64,000 nt of DNA from positions 1 to 64,000 of the forward strand of contig JAWARQ010000003.1 of assembly GCA_038893355.1 (NCBI GenBank), in the 5' to 3' direction. The notes under the pieces are model-generated. The model was not told where the DNA came from. It made no database searches and was given only the letters and a program-made list of their open reading frames with translations. Both the position numbers and the translations under genes were made by a program. Positions 1-10,354 of the stretch are shown piece by piece (position 1 is the stretch's first letter; the number at the start of each line of letters is the position of its first letter). Source of the stretch: Sulfolobaceae archaeon. GTDB taxonomy: Archaea > Thermoproteota > Thermoprotei_A > Sulfolobales > Sulfolobaceae.

Positions 1-110
1 ACTTGGGCTGTACTGTATTATAATAAGCCCTTTGATGCTGACGAGTGATAAGGAGAGTCTTGTTTTTCATAAGTAGTGTGGACTATGCTTGATTTTTGAT
101 GGAAAGGCTT

Positions 111-323
111 TTATACCGGAAGCTCCCTGCTATCCTTGCACTCGAAGACCTTGAAGCCTTTCTCTAAAGCCCTACTTATTACCTGAGGGTTTATCTCTTC
201 GACTATCTCTATATCATAATTTCCTAAGTAACTAATGCCGTAAATAGCCCTCTTTATTGTCCCATCTTCAGTAATCTCATAAAACTCGTCCACGCCGAAT
301 TTTACTGTAACCTTTCTCATCAT
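111..323 (-). CDS. small hypothetical protein, possibly C-terminally truncated
   Basis: 70-aa ORF with protein-like composition; no recognised motif. Confidence 0.5.
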   Translation of the reverse strand: MMRKVTVKFGVDEFYEITEDGTIKRAIYGISYLGNYDIEIVEEINPQVISRALEKGFKVFECKDSRELPV

Positions 324-458
324 TCAAAATACTACTAATGGAATAAAAAGGTATATTTCAAAAGATTACGCTACTACAAATCCCTTAATTATGTAATTAG
401 GTATTCTATGGCACTAGTCTTATTGGAGAGAATGTTAATCTCAGAACTTGTAGCTTAA

Positions 459-505
459 TGACAAAACAAGGGGCAAGCCTCGCCCTTCAGGGTGGAAAAG
501 GTCAG
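459..505 (+). mobile_element. miniature IS200/IS605-family end remnant (PATE/MITE-like)
   Basis: TGACAAAACAAGGGGCAAGCCTCGCCCTTCAGGGTGGAAAAGGTCAG: hairpin CGCCCT-TC-AGGGTG and terminal GTCAG resemble Sulfolobales IS605/tnpB ends; no transposase nearby. Confidence 0.6.
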
Positions 506-625
506 GACATTATTTCCGGACTGAATACGGAAAAGTATTCAACTCAGTTACAGAATGCAAGACTAAGAGAACGGTGCAAAAAATTACAAGGTCGAATAGC
601 TTTAGGAATAAAAACAAATACCTAG

Positions 626-683
626 ACTCAGTATGAGGGCCTTTCTTCATTTTTCAGTCCATACCCGGATTCCTTCCTCATTC
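626..683 (-). ncRNA. candidate C/D-box guide sRNA
   Basis: Minus strand: C ATGAGGA (681-675), 17-nt guide, D' CTGA (657-654), AAA, C' ATGAAGA (650-644), 12-nt guide, D CTGA (631-628); overlaps the stop of the ATP-cone gene. Confidence 0.7.
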
Positions 684-956
684 TAATTCTTTTTCTGTAA
701 GCCTCTTCTTAATAGCTTTATCAAATACTATCCAGTTTCTGTAGTACTCCTCATTAACGCTCTTCAACTCAGTGAGGATAAACTTAGTTAAGTCCTTTGC
801 CGTCACTTTCTCAGCGTCCATGAACTTACATTCGGCCTTCTTAGCAATCCTCCTAGCAACATCTATTGGTGCCCCTGCTTTAAGAATGCTAACCACTATC
901 TTCTCTATTATGAAAGGCTCTTCTTTACCATCTCTTTTTATAACAATAGATACCAT
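678..956 (-). CDS. stand-alone ATP-cone domain protein
   Basis: N-terminal VIKRDGKEEPF..EKI motif. Confidence 0.85.
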   Translation of the reverse strand: MVSIVIKRDGKEEPFIIEKIVVSILKAGAPIDVARRIAKKAECKFMDAEKVTAKDLTKFILTELKSVNEEYYRNWIVFDKAIKKRLTEKELE

Positions 957-1014
957 ATATTAAAGAATTAAGACCTAGCATAAAAACATTTTGATCATAA
1001 AAAAACATTATATT

Positions 1015-1980
1015 TTACATGAAGTAAGTCTGCTTTAACTTCTCTAACATCTGAATCCTCTTAGCGGGGTGTGGGTGCGTACTAAATAAATCAGCCCATA
1101 CTGGGACTTTAGTGTTTTTCCAAATCTCTACTAATTCCCTAGCCTTATAATCTGGAACCTCCTCTACCGGTGTTACAAAGAAGAGCATCGAGATTAAGCC
1201 CTTCTTATACCTCTCTACAGCATTAGGGTCAACTGCTAAAACTAACTTAGCTAGAGCCATCTGTAAGTTCTCAGCTGCATTAGGGACAGTCTGGACGGAG
1301 TTTATATCAGCATAGGACTCCCTAAGCCTATTTATATAAAGCACTAGGAGCTGGAATAAGAAGCTCACTGCAAGTAAGGCTAATCCTATTAAGTAAAGTA
1401 GTGCAAAGTTATTACCGTTCCTCCCACCATTACCTAAAATCCCGCCCCACATTATCGAGTAGCCCAGCCAGTATATTAAAGTCGGAATTAGGCTTACTGC
1501 CATCATTACCTCAACGTCCCTATGCCTTAAGTGCCCTATCTCATGGCCTAAAACCGCCTTTAGCTCTTCCTTGTTCATTATCCTCAAGGCAGGTAGAGTT
1601 ACAGCGACCCTCTTCCCTGCCACAAAATTACCATAAGCGAAGGCATTGGGGAAGGGTACATCCGCAATGTAGACCTTAGGCGAAGGAATTCTGTTATAAG
1701 CTGCGACCTCGTTGACTAAATCGTATAGCCAACCGTATTGAGGGTCTTGGGGGGTTACTTCGACAGCCCTATACATTAGGTTTATTAAGTAGGGCCCTAA
1801 TAGCCACTGGAAGAAGGTCATAAAGGCTAGAAATATTAGGATTCCAGTAACCATATATGGTGCATTCTTAAAGCCGAACACTAGGCCTGCTACGCCTAAG
1901 GCTAATGCAAAGCCTAAGAGTAGAACTCCAAGCACTGCAGCCCACATCTTTAATTTGAAGCCGACTACACTGAAACTCAT
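1015..1980 (-). CDS. htpX: M48 zinc metalloprotease HtpX
   Basis: PNAFA, HEIGH (HExxH), RESYAD and THP motifs; TM helices. Confidence 0.93.
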   Translation of the reverse strand: MSFSVVGFKLKMWAAVLGVLLLGFALALGVAGLVFGFKNAPYMVTGILIFLAFMTFFQWLLGPYLINLMYRAVEVTPQDPQYGWLYDLVNEVAAYNRIPSPKVYIADVPFPNAFAYGNFVAGKRVAVTLPALRIMNKEELKAVLGHEIGHLRHRDVEVMMAVSLIPTLIYWLGYSIMWGGILGNGGRNGNNFALLYLIGLALLAVSFLFQLLVLYINRLRESYADINSVQTVPNAAENLQMALAKLVLAVDPNAVERYKKGLISMLFFVTPVEEVPDYKARELVEIWKNTKVPVWADLFSTHPHPAKRIQMLEKLKQTYFM

Positions 1981-2024
1981 ATGTAAAAACTCTAATTTGT
2001 AAGTTATAAAGTTATTAGTAGGTC

Positions 2025-3302
2025 TTGATGCTAAGGCTCTTACTTTTTATAATAAGGACAAGATTTAGTAAAATATATTTAATATTATACTTAACAATAA
2101 TTTTATTATTACTATTCTTTATAAAATTTCTGAGGATTAACGGTGGTGAAATAGTATACTTGATAATATTCTTCTCCGGAATTGCCTCCTTACAGATCTC
2201 GAAATCAGATGTGGATTACCTCTTTATACTCCCTATAAGCCCTAGGAAAATCTATTACGCAGTTTTCCTAGTGACCATGATGGGCTTAAGCCTAATCTCA
2301 GCTTTCATTTACCTATTGACCCTCGACGTCGTAACTGCCCTAGCTTTTACTATAGGGATCCCCTCGATAAGTATGGTCTCTACACTCTTCATAAAGAAGT
2401 TCCAATTACTAGTAAGGCTAACAATCTCTGGGCTACTATCAGTAACTTACCTACTTACACAGCAGCAGGGTAATAATACGGGTATTAGCCTATTCCTTTT
2501 AGAATCATTAGGACTATTCGTTACTTTCCTAGTTCAGGGCTTCAGAGTAAATACTACACACTTCACCTTAACTGTTTTAGACAATGAAGAGAAGAAGAGG
2601 AGAGGAGGAGAAGAGCCTACGAAAATAAGGACACCACTACACTTCCATTTCCTTACGTTCTCTATCATAATAACCCTAGCCTCTATGGGCTCCCCAGGGG
2701 CCTATAGAATAAGGGTAAAGTTGCGAGATGCACTAACAATTTCAGCATTAACTTCACTATTACTTTACTTCATACCTTATAAGGGACTACTAATCGGCTA
2801 CTTAATCCTCACTGCACCACTAATATTCATTTCAGGATTCTTTATAATATCCCTCTTAGGGGAGGAGAGGCTATGGTTAGGTTTTCAAGACTATAGATAT
2901 GTCGTCAAAGTTATATTATTGAGGGGTATTGTAATTTCCCTACTACTAGTCCCTTATGCAATAGCGTTATGGCTAAATGGGCTAAGTAACTACGCAATAG
3001 CAATGATTCCAATCAACTTCTTAGCCTACATACTATACCTAAGGATAATCCCGTATTCCTATCCTAACGTCCAGAAGATATTTAGCGGAGAACAGCCAGT
3101 CTACATTTCACTCTCCACAATAATTAACCCTTTGATAGTAACGTTACTGATAGCATCATTAGGGCTAATAATATCAGTGATGCCTACTTACCTCGTAATT
3201 ATATTAACCGCGACCATTATGGCAGTATCGATATTGTTCTCTATAAATAAGAAGTTCATAGAAGGTTACATAAATGAACTTGCAAACTTAGGATACGAAT
3301 AA
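2025..3302 (+). CDS. polytopic membrane protein, ABC-2 permease-like
   Basis: Many hydrophobic segments; SKSDVDYLFILPISPR motif; no ATPase gene adjacent. Confidence 0.6.
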   Translation: MMLRLLLFIIRTRFSKIYLILYLTIILLLLFFIKFLRINGGEIVYLIIFFSGIASLQISKSDVDYLFILPISPRKIYYAVFLVTMMGLSLISAFIYLLTLDVVTALAFTIGIPSISMVSTLFIKKFQLLVRLTISGLLSVTYLLTQQQGNNTGISLFLLESLGLFVTFLVQGFRVNTTHFTLTVLDNEEKKRRGGEEPTKIRTPLHFHFLTFSIIITLASMGSPGAYRIRVKLRDALTISALTSLLLYFIPYKGLLIGYLILTAPLIFISGFFIISLLGEERLWLGFQDYRYVVKVILLRGIVISLLLVPYAIALWLNGLSNYAIAMIPINFLAYILYLRIIPYSYPNVQKIFSGEQPVYISLSTIINPLIVTLLIASLGLIISVMPTYLVIILTATIMAVSILFSINKKFIEGYINELANLGYE

Positions 3303-3321
3303 GCAGAGTCCTAAATCCGAC

Positions 3322-3415
3322 GTCTCCCCTCTCAGAGTGCTCATCATTTATTCGGGACCACATTTGAGGGGAATTAGGGGGTAGACAGAATTCCCTCATA
3401 TAGAGGAGAGGGACT
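3322..3415 (-). other. structured intergenic element (nested hairpins with K-loop motif); ncRNA or MITE
   Basis: TCCCCTC (3325-3331) and GAGGGGA (3366-3372) form a stem enclosing minus-strand CCGA-ATAA-ATGATGA; second inverted repeat TGAGGGGAATT / AATTCCCTCA. Confidence 0.35.
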
Positions 3416-3517
3416 TTCACCCATACCTCCTAGTCCTTAACCTCAATCGTAGTAAATAAACAAAATACCCAATACTATCGGTGAAAGCTTATATACGTTA
3501 TTATCGTATACATAATT

Positions 3518-3742
3518 ATGTCAGACGTCATAAGTATAAGAGTCAAAAGAGAGTTGAAGAAAAGGGCAGAAGAGCTAGGGATCAACATTAGGGAAATTAT
3601 TGAAGAAGCCTTAGAGAGGGCAATAAGGGAGAAGGAAAAAGAGATCCTTAAGGAAACTGCTATGAAGATTAAAGAACTAATGAGGGATGTAAGCGAGGAG
3701 GACTGGGTAAGTGTAGTTAGGGAGAGTAGAGATGAAAAGTAA
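3518..3742 (+). CDS. vapB: antitoxin VapB (RHH/CcdA-like)
   Basis: MSDVISIRVKRELK ribbon-helix-helix N-terminus; overlaps the PIN gene. Confidence 0.85.
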   Translation: MSDVISIRVKRELKKRAEELGINIREIIEEALERAIREKEKEILKETAMKIKELMRDVSEEDWVSVVRESRDEK

Positions 3743-4121
3743 AGGGTTCCTCTTGGACGCTTCAGCCATATATCCGATCCTTATCCATATTGATAAAATA
3801 GACTTGAGCAGGACTTACATACTCCCCTTAACTTTTTATGAAGTCGGAAACGCAATATGGAAGGAGTACTATTTCCGTAGGAGAGTCAAAGATCCGGTAA
3901 CACTCTCAGTCCTCTTCCAGAAGCTACTAAGGAAATTTAAATTACTAGAGAACCCTCCCATGGAAGAAGTAATGAAAGTTGCTGTCCAGAAAGGTTTGAC
4001 CTTCTATGATGCCTCATATGCTTACTCTGCTGAGGTGAATGGACTTACTTTAGTTTCTGAGGACAAAGAGTTAATAAAGAAGGCTAACGCTATTCCAGTA
4101 AGAGAGCTAATAAAAACTTGA
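3732..4121 (+). CDS. vapC: PIN-domain toxin VapC
   Basis: LLDASA, YEVGNAIWK, LTFYDASY and LVSED PIN motifs. Confidence 0.9.
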   Translation: MKSKGFLLDASAIYPILIHIDKIDLSRTYILPLTFYEVGNAIWKEYYFRRRVKDPVTLSVLFQKLLRKFKLLENPPMEEVMKVAVQKGLTFYDASYAYSAEVNGLTLVSEDKELIKKANAIPVRELIKT

Positions 4122-4328
4122 CAATTCGTATTTAATACTAAAAGTCCTTGTTACCTCACTATAATTCTTAAAAAGGTAATGATTGGCTAAATCCTCTTTT
4201 ACTTTTTCGCAAAAATATGGGCTTTAAAAGAGTTTGAGGCTATACTAGTAATTTTAGACTTACTATATAGAACCGCTTTGAGAAGGGAAAAAAGAAACGA
4301 AAAATGAATAGGGAATTAAAAAAAGTAA

Positions 4329-5705
4329 TCACTTTACCTTCCTTAATAGCTGAACTAATGCTACTATTGCTATTATTAGTGCTACTATAGCAAGACCTAA
4401 TGCAACATATACTAGAGTTAGTGAACTAGATAGAGAACTCTGCAAAGTGCTTATCTGGCTATTCAGACTACTCACAGTAGCTTGTAGACTATTAACAGTA
4501 GTCCTTAAACTATTTAATGAAGAATTTAATGCACTTATCGAAGACTGTAAAGCTGAAATTGTTTGTTGCTGGGCTGTTATAATTTTTTGCTGGCTAACTA
4601 TAGTAGCATTTAATGATTGAACTAAACTCCTTAACTGCACTAAGGTCTGATTTAAACCAGCAACTATACTTGTAAGCTGGTTAATCTTAGAAGTTAGATC
4701 TTGATAAGCACCTATAACTACCAAGATACTCGTTGATAGAGAGCCATACTTTGCAGTGATATTTAGTGGTAATGTTGATATCATGCTCGATAACGTGGGT
4801 ACTTGTAAGGAGATAGTATAAGTCCCATCACCATTATCCTTAACACTCAAACTCTGGGATCCAGAAGGTGTAGATAGCACTGCGCTTACCTTAGCACCAG
4901 GTTGGGGTTTACCACTATTTAGTAACTGTACTACTAATGTCGCATTTACACCCATTGCTAAATAAGTACTATATAAGTTACCAAAAGCTGAGAATGGAAC
5001 TGCAACAGAACTTACAGTAATAGACTTTAGTATAAGCTGTAATGTTTGAGGTATTAATTGTAAGGTTACATTATAGACACCAGGTGCAGATATAGTTAGA
5101 CTCTGAGTCTGAGATAATAACCCTGGATAAGTTGCAGTTATTATAAAGCTATATGTCTTACCAGTAATAAAGATAAAGCTATATGATGCTAAACCCTGCG
5201 CATTCGTAGTCAGAGTCGTTAAAACCTGATTATTAGAGGCATTTACTATGGTGACAGTAGCACCTTGTAATGGTAAACCGAGTTGATTAACAACCTTAAC
5301 GTTTATTGTAGCAGTTGCTGGAACAAATTGTACGGTAAATGACCCTGCCACAGGGGTTTGGTCGGGTGGTGCTACATTAATTGAAACTATATAAGTCCCA
5401 GGCGGAAATCTGGGATCGCTTGAATTCCATGTAAATAGTACTACACTTAATTTCCCACTAGAATCAGTCTGTGCTGGGAATGGATATGTTTTGTTAGCAG
5501 GAGTTAATAACGATATTAGTACAGGTGCATTGGCATATGGGGTTAAGGCAGTAATATTAAACTTATCACCATCATGATAAACGAAGTTATTACTGGGTGG
5601 ATTTATTATAGTTAGGTTTCCTGCTTGAAACGCTGAGTTAGTTATTAATAATGGGGCTACTAAAGAGAGGAGAATTAAGGAAACAAGAAATATACGAAGA
5701 TTCAT
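4329..5705 (-). CDS. slaB: S-layer membrane-anchor protein SlaB
   Basis: Signal peptide, beta-rich Ig-like domains, long coiled coil, C-terminal TM helix; directly downstream of slaA. Confidence 0.85.
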   Translation of the reverse strand: MNLRIFLVSLILLSLVAPLLITNSAFQAGNLTIINPPSNNFVYHDGDKFNITALTPYANAPVLISLLTPANKTYPFPAQTDSSGKLSVVLFTWNSSDPRFPPGTYIVSINVAPPDQTPVAGSFTVQFVPATATINVKVVNQLGLPLQGATVTIVNASNNQVLTTLTTNAQGLASYSFIFITGKTYSFIITATYPGLLSQTQSLTISAPGVYNVTLQLIPQTLQLILKSITVSSVAVPFSAFGNLYSTYLAMGVNATLVVQLLNSGKPQPGAKVSAVLSTPSGSQSLSVKDNGDGTYTISLQVPTLSSMISTLPLNITAKYGSLSTSILVVIGAYQDLTSKINQLTSIVAGLNQTLVQLRSLVQSLNATIVSQQKIITAQQQTISALQSSISALNSSLNSLRTTVNSLQATVSSLNSQISTLQSSLSSSLTLVYVALGLAIVALIIAIVALVQLLRKVK

Positions 5706-5754
5706 AATCTCACACCCCCTTTAGGAAATAAAATATAAAAAAACTTACCTTTTA

Positions 5755-8700
5755 TCATGAAGGTTGAACCACTTGCACATTAGTTACTACCAAGAATGCC
5801 GGAAAGTCACTTATTGGTGGTGCTAAAACACTAGCATAAGGCACTGCAACGAATACTACAGTGTAGTAGCCTACTGTTAATGGGGTAGTTCCAGCTAACT
5901 GCACTGGTACTTGAACTACAGTGTTCGCAGGTAATACTGGCGATGGTACAACCGTCTGGAAGTTAACTAGTAACGGTTTTGACGAGGATGGATTAACGTT
6001 CTTACCTGGGTAGACAATAGTCATTATATAGAACGGGAACGGATAGTCTATTGTACTCAGTAGCTGTAAGTTGATGTACTGCGTAGTACCAACTGTAGTT
6101 AGAACTATACTCTTATTATAGAAGTAGAATACCCTTTGGGCATCGCTAGCAGTTATTGGAATTGGCTCACCAACTATTGACAGCCTTATAGGTGCTATCT
6201 GAACCGGCTTGATATACAGCGTTACATTGAATGTTAAGCCAGTAATAGAGTCCTTCATTGTCATTACTACCTTACTCATGAATGTCGCTAATACTGTAGT
6301 ACCATTTATAGACTGTATAGGCGCCCTCACGAAGTATGATGAGTTCCCTAGTAATATGCTCGCGTTTGCAATATTCACGTACAGCTTACCAAACGGTGCA
6401 TTAATATTACCAGGTTCTACACTAAATGTTACTGGTGTACCTACGAATAAACCATAAGTACCGGATATTGATGGGATTGCGTTAATCGGGACAGTCTGAG
6501 TTAAGGCATTATTTATATAGACTTTGACGTTACTTGCAGTAGCATTAATCACTAGACTTACCGTATACGGGGAGCCCGATGGATACTGCTGGCCGTAAAT
6601 ATCTATCCTAGCAACTTGTAAGCTAGACGCCGAATAACCTGCTAGATCTGGCACCGTTATGTTAATAAACGGTTGTTGAACTACCTGATAGGCAATTTCA
6701 ACTGGTACTCCTTCTATTGCACCAATATATCTAGCAGTTAATACGTGGAATACTGTAACGTTGCTTAGCGCATTCACTTTTGCACCAGATATCAATAATT
6801 TGGTAATGTTCCATACATATTTACCAGAAATTGTATCATATACCGTTACGTTCAGTATTGAGCCATTTAGTGCTGAAATCGAGGGCAAACCTAAAATGCT
6901 AGCTAGTTGCTCTATATTCAAATAAGTCCTATACTGTGCAGTACATGCACTTGTCTCTTGCCATTCTAAGCCTGCATTTCCAAATAATGCTTGTATATTA
7001 GTAGAGTTAAGTGGAATAACTTTAACAACATTACCTGGTAATATTACAGTTATCTTAGTTAAGTTACCTACCGGTATATTACCCGCACCAGTAACTAACG
7101 CTAGCTGTACTTGGTTAGTTGCTAACACATTCATTAATATTACCGTTAATGGCTGGGATAGGTAAGGTTCATAGTATGTAATATTAACGTATGGGCTAGC
7201 TAGGCTTGTTACTGGAGGCATTAATAACTGTGCAGTAGCTGGTGGTAATTGTATAGTTATAGTAGCATTTACTTGGTTCGGAAAGTCATAATATACTGCA
7301 TAGTCACTAGTTGTGAACGTTATCTGGATCTTGGCATTAGCAATCTGTGAAGGTGATATTGCTACGGATATTACATTACTAGGTTTAATAGATATCGAAG
7401 TCGTTGTACCTAATGCTACACTTAACTGGAATGAGTATCTGAAGGAGAATGGATCAGGATAAACTGGGGGACTTGCCGGTGAAGTTGAAGCACTAGCTAT
7501 TACATTATTACCAGAGATCACTTTAACGGTAATTCCAGAGAATGGAACTGCTGTACCTTGTAAGAAGGTATTGATTGAAGTAACATCATTACTACCTGGG
7601 CCTGGCGTAGTTATATCTACAGCTTGTAGACTAGATGGTAATAGAGGGGTAGTTGGATTGAAGGTAACCGTTACTACACTAGGATTGTAACTTCCAGTAA
7701 CTGAAGCTGGATATAACACATCATCTGGTGAGGTAAAGTAGAATGTAGCAGGACTACTACCGCATAATAAGCTTAATATGTTTGGAACATTTGGTTGTGA
7801 TGGAGAAGGTGGAGATATTATTGCTTTAAACGATTGAGTATTTATAGCAGCTTCTACATTACCACCATTATAAGAATACGGTGGTGCTGAGATATGAGTA
7901 CCGAGCCAGTATGCTTTTACTTGTACTACAGTAGTTAAACTCCATAATCCTAACTGCACTAATGCAACATAGGAGAGGGGACTTGGCACATATAAGGTAA
8001 AGGTTATTGGATAGTTTGCATTATTTACAGTATAAGGTAATTGAGAAGGAGTGGCTGCTATTAATATCGGATTTGAAGCACTTGCGAATGTTATTTCACT
8101 CAGTGTTGTTCCACTAAACTGCATTGCAGAAGGCGCTATTACTAACAACGATAGTGGACCAAGTAAGTTAGGATCTACCTCTAATCTAACAGCTTCCTGA
8201 TAGACTGTTGCTACAACTCCATTTAAGTTAGGTAGTTTTGGAGTAAGACCTATTATACTAAAGTTATTATAGTGAATCGTCGTAGAATTCGTTAAGATTT
8301 TCATAGAGTAAGATGACGTAAAGGGACCTATTCCTACAGTAGCTGTTAAGGTGAAGAAGGTACCAGACTGTGCTAAAGTCTCAATATAACTACCTTGAGC
8401 TTGACCAGTAATTGATAATGGAGTATTTGGAGTAGTCATTAGGAAGCCAGTATAATTACCACCAACTTGTGTCATGACTATTCTCTCATAGGCAACAGCA
8501 GTTAAGCTTAACCTTATATTTCCAGAAGGTAAAGTTGAAATTAACTTTATTGGAAATGCGATATATATCGTACCTGCTGCACCAGAATACTGAACTACCA
8601 GATATTTATAAGAACCTACACCAGATATTGTAAGAGTAGTACCAGGAGCAGTAGATATATAAGGTGATGTTACAGAGGTATCAGTAACTAATGTTATTGT

Positions 8701-9957
8701 CATTGTTTGGGAACTACCTACACTCTGGGAGTTCACTAGTAATATATAGATTCCAGCAGCTGGATTATTGATAGCAGGACCAGCTACTGAAGTGGAAAGG
8801 TCATTTGTTAGTGATGTTGTAGTCTGCAACGTATAAGTATTTGCACCTATTTTGATCGTGGAAGGTAAATAGAAACCGCTTATTGGATATAACCCACTCG
8901 TAATCCCATCTTGTGCATATACTGGTAAAGCCGGCCCTATATATCCAGTCCCACCAAAGATCGTGGTTTGAGATCCACTAGTTAATTGAGAAGGACTCAG
9001 TGATGTTACATTTGCAAACTGTAAGAATGGTATTAATACGTTTGGTGCAGAGAAAGTTAGTTGGAATAAAACATCAGTTGGATTTTGACCAGCTGCAAGC
9101 GCATAGCCAATTATTGCGGTTACATTTAATAAGCTTCTTCCTACACCTGCTTGTTGCCCATTTACTGGATTAAATATGTAGAATACGAATGGTGCCAAAA
9201 TTAATGTATTTAAGGAAGATAAAGTTGCTACCACATTACCGCTTGCATCCCTAACTTGAGTATTAACCTTAGCATATAATTCGTAGCCCGAATTAACTAT
9301 ATTATTAGGATTACTAAGATAATTCATCCAAATAGGAGTACTAGATAATAGACCATTACCTACAACTTGCATTTGCCCTGCACCAGCACCGGATAATGCA
9401 GTTGCTAAAGTGATCTGATTTCCATTTTCATCATATACGGTAGCTGATGGAGGAAGCCCTAAAGCGCTTAACACTGGACCATTATTAGTTAATGTAGAAG
9501 TTGGATTATTACTATTTAGGAATATCAGGAAGAAGATTAGTTTATTCCTTGGGTTTGTAGAATCGTTATAGAAGTAACCAACAAGTGTTGAAGTAGTAAA
9601 CTGTATAGTTACTGGGTTAGGTGAAGTAGTAGTGATCGGATTACCATTAGTATCTGTTATCGTTAGTGTAATTTGTGTACTAGATAGTGTATTGGCAACT
9701 GCGCTACCAAAGTTTGCTGCAGAATATCCTGCAGTGTTTATGCTACTCGCGTTTATTACTACTAATATTGTAAAGAAATTACCGTTATTAGTTGATAGTG
9801 TTCCTAATGGTATAACTTTAACACCTTGGCCTGCAGGTGGTAAGGGTACTGAAATTATTGCTGATGGTATTACTCCTAATAATATTGAAGCAAGAATTAA
9901 AGATACAATAGATAGAGAGAGGATTTTCTTCATGTCTTTACTCACTGTCTTACCCAT
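5755..9957 (-). CDS. slaA: S-layer glycoprotein SlaA (true start probably ATG 9933, MKKILSL)
   Basis: 1400 aa, S/T/N/P/V-rich, signal peptide, many NxS/T sequons, no C-terminal TM; slaAB arrangement. Confidence 0.85.
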   Translation of the reverse strand: MGKTVSKDMKKILSLSIVSLILASILLGVIPSAIISVPLPPAGQGVKVIPLGTLSTNNGNFFTILVVINASSINTAGYSAANFGSAVANTLSSTQITLTITDTNGNPITTTSPNPVTIQFTTSTLVGYFYNDSTNPRNKLIFFLIFLNSNNPTSTLTNNGPVLSALGLPPSATVYDENGNQITLATALSGAGAGQMQVVGNGLLSSTPIWMNYLSNPNNIVNSGYELYAKVNTQVRDASGNVVATLSSLNTLILAPFVFYIFNPVNGQQAGVGRSLLNVTAIIGYALAAGQNPTDVLFQLTFSAPNVLIPFLQFANVTSLSPSQLTSGSQTTIFGGTGYIGPALPVYAQDGITSGLYPISGFYLPSTIKIGANTYTLQTTTSLTNDLSTSVAGPAINNPAAGIYILLVNSQSVGSSQTMTITLVTDTSVTSPYISTAPGTTLTISGVGSYKYLVVQYSGAAGTIYIAFPIKLISTLPSGNIRLSLTAVAYERIVMTQVGGNYTGFLMTTPNTPLSITGQAQGSYIETLAQSGTFFTLTATVGIGPFTSSYSMKILTNSTTIHYNNFSIIGLTPKLPNLNGVVATVYQEAVRLEVDPNLLGPLSLLVIAPSAMQFSGTTLSEITFASASNPILIAATPSQLPYTVNNANYPITFTLYVPSPLSYVALVQLGLWSLTTVVQVKAYWLGTHISAPPYSYNGGNVEAAINTQSFKAIISPPSPSQPNVPNILSLLCGSSPATFYFTSPDDVLYPASVTGSYNPSVVTVTFNPTTPLLPSSLQAVDITTPGPGSNDVTSINTFLQGTAVPFSGITVKVISGNNVIASASTSPASPPVYPDPFSFRYSFQLSVALGTTTSISIKPSNVISVAISPSQIANAKIQITFTTSDYAVYYDFPNQVNATITIQLPPATAQLLMPPVTSLASPYVNITYYEPYLSQPLTVILMNVLATNQVQLALVTGAGNIPVGNLTKITVILPGNVVKVIPLNSTNIQALFGNAGLEWQETSACTAQYRTYLNIEQLASILGLPSISALNGSILNVTVYDTISGKYVWNITKLLISGAKVNALSNVTVFHVLTARYIGAIEGVPVEIAYQVVQQPFINITVPDLAGYSASSLQVARIDIYGQQYPSGSPYTVSLVINATASNVKVYINNALTQTVPINAIPSISGTYGLFVGTPVTFSVEPGNINAPFGKLYVNIANASILLGNSSYFVRAPIQSINGTTVLATFMSKVVMTMKDSITGLTFNVTLYIKPVQIAPIRLSIVGEPIPITASDAQRVFYFYNKSIVLTTVGTTQYINLQLLSTIDYPFPFYIMTIVYPGKNVNPSSSKPLLVNFQTVVPSPVLPANTVVQVPVQLAGTTPLTVGYYTVVFVAVPYASVLAPPISDFPAFLVVTNVQVVQPS

Positions 9958-10354
9958 TTGAGTATTACATATTAAAGAATAATTACTACATATGTATACA
10001 TTATGCTTTTAGGTGCAGAATCTTTTTTGCGTTTATATTTGTTGCTTATTGATAATATAATAAAGATAATCCCTCATTCTAATGTGAGCTATGCTCAAAA
10101 GAGTGAAGATAGTAAAAACTGATCAAGCTGCAGTTTAGCTAAAGGAGTTCCATTACTCGCCTGCTATTAAGCTAGGCAGGTGGTTAAGGGCTAAGTCCCT
10201 GCACTAGATCATGATCGAGTGAAGAGACAAATGGCAAATAGTGAAAGCCGTCATAAGGAGAACTAAAACTCTTTTTCATTATTTAGAAATTTTTCTCTAT
10301 TAAGGACTAGTTGAAATGTGGAAGAAGCCTTTAAGTCCTAACTAAACCTCTATT

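Noticed and set aside
10080-10270. Possible gene remnant or C/D sRNA upstream of slaA (GTGAAGA..CTGA; GAGTGAAGA twice)
   Set aside because: Box set is incomplete and no recognisable protein frame was found.
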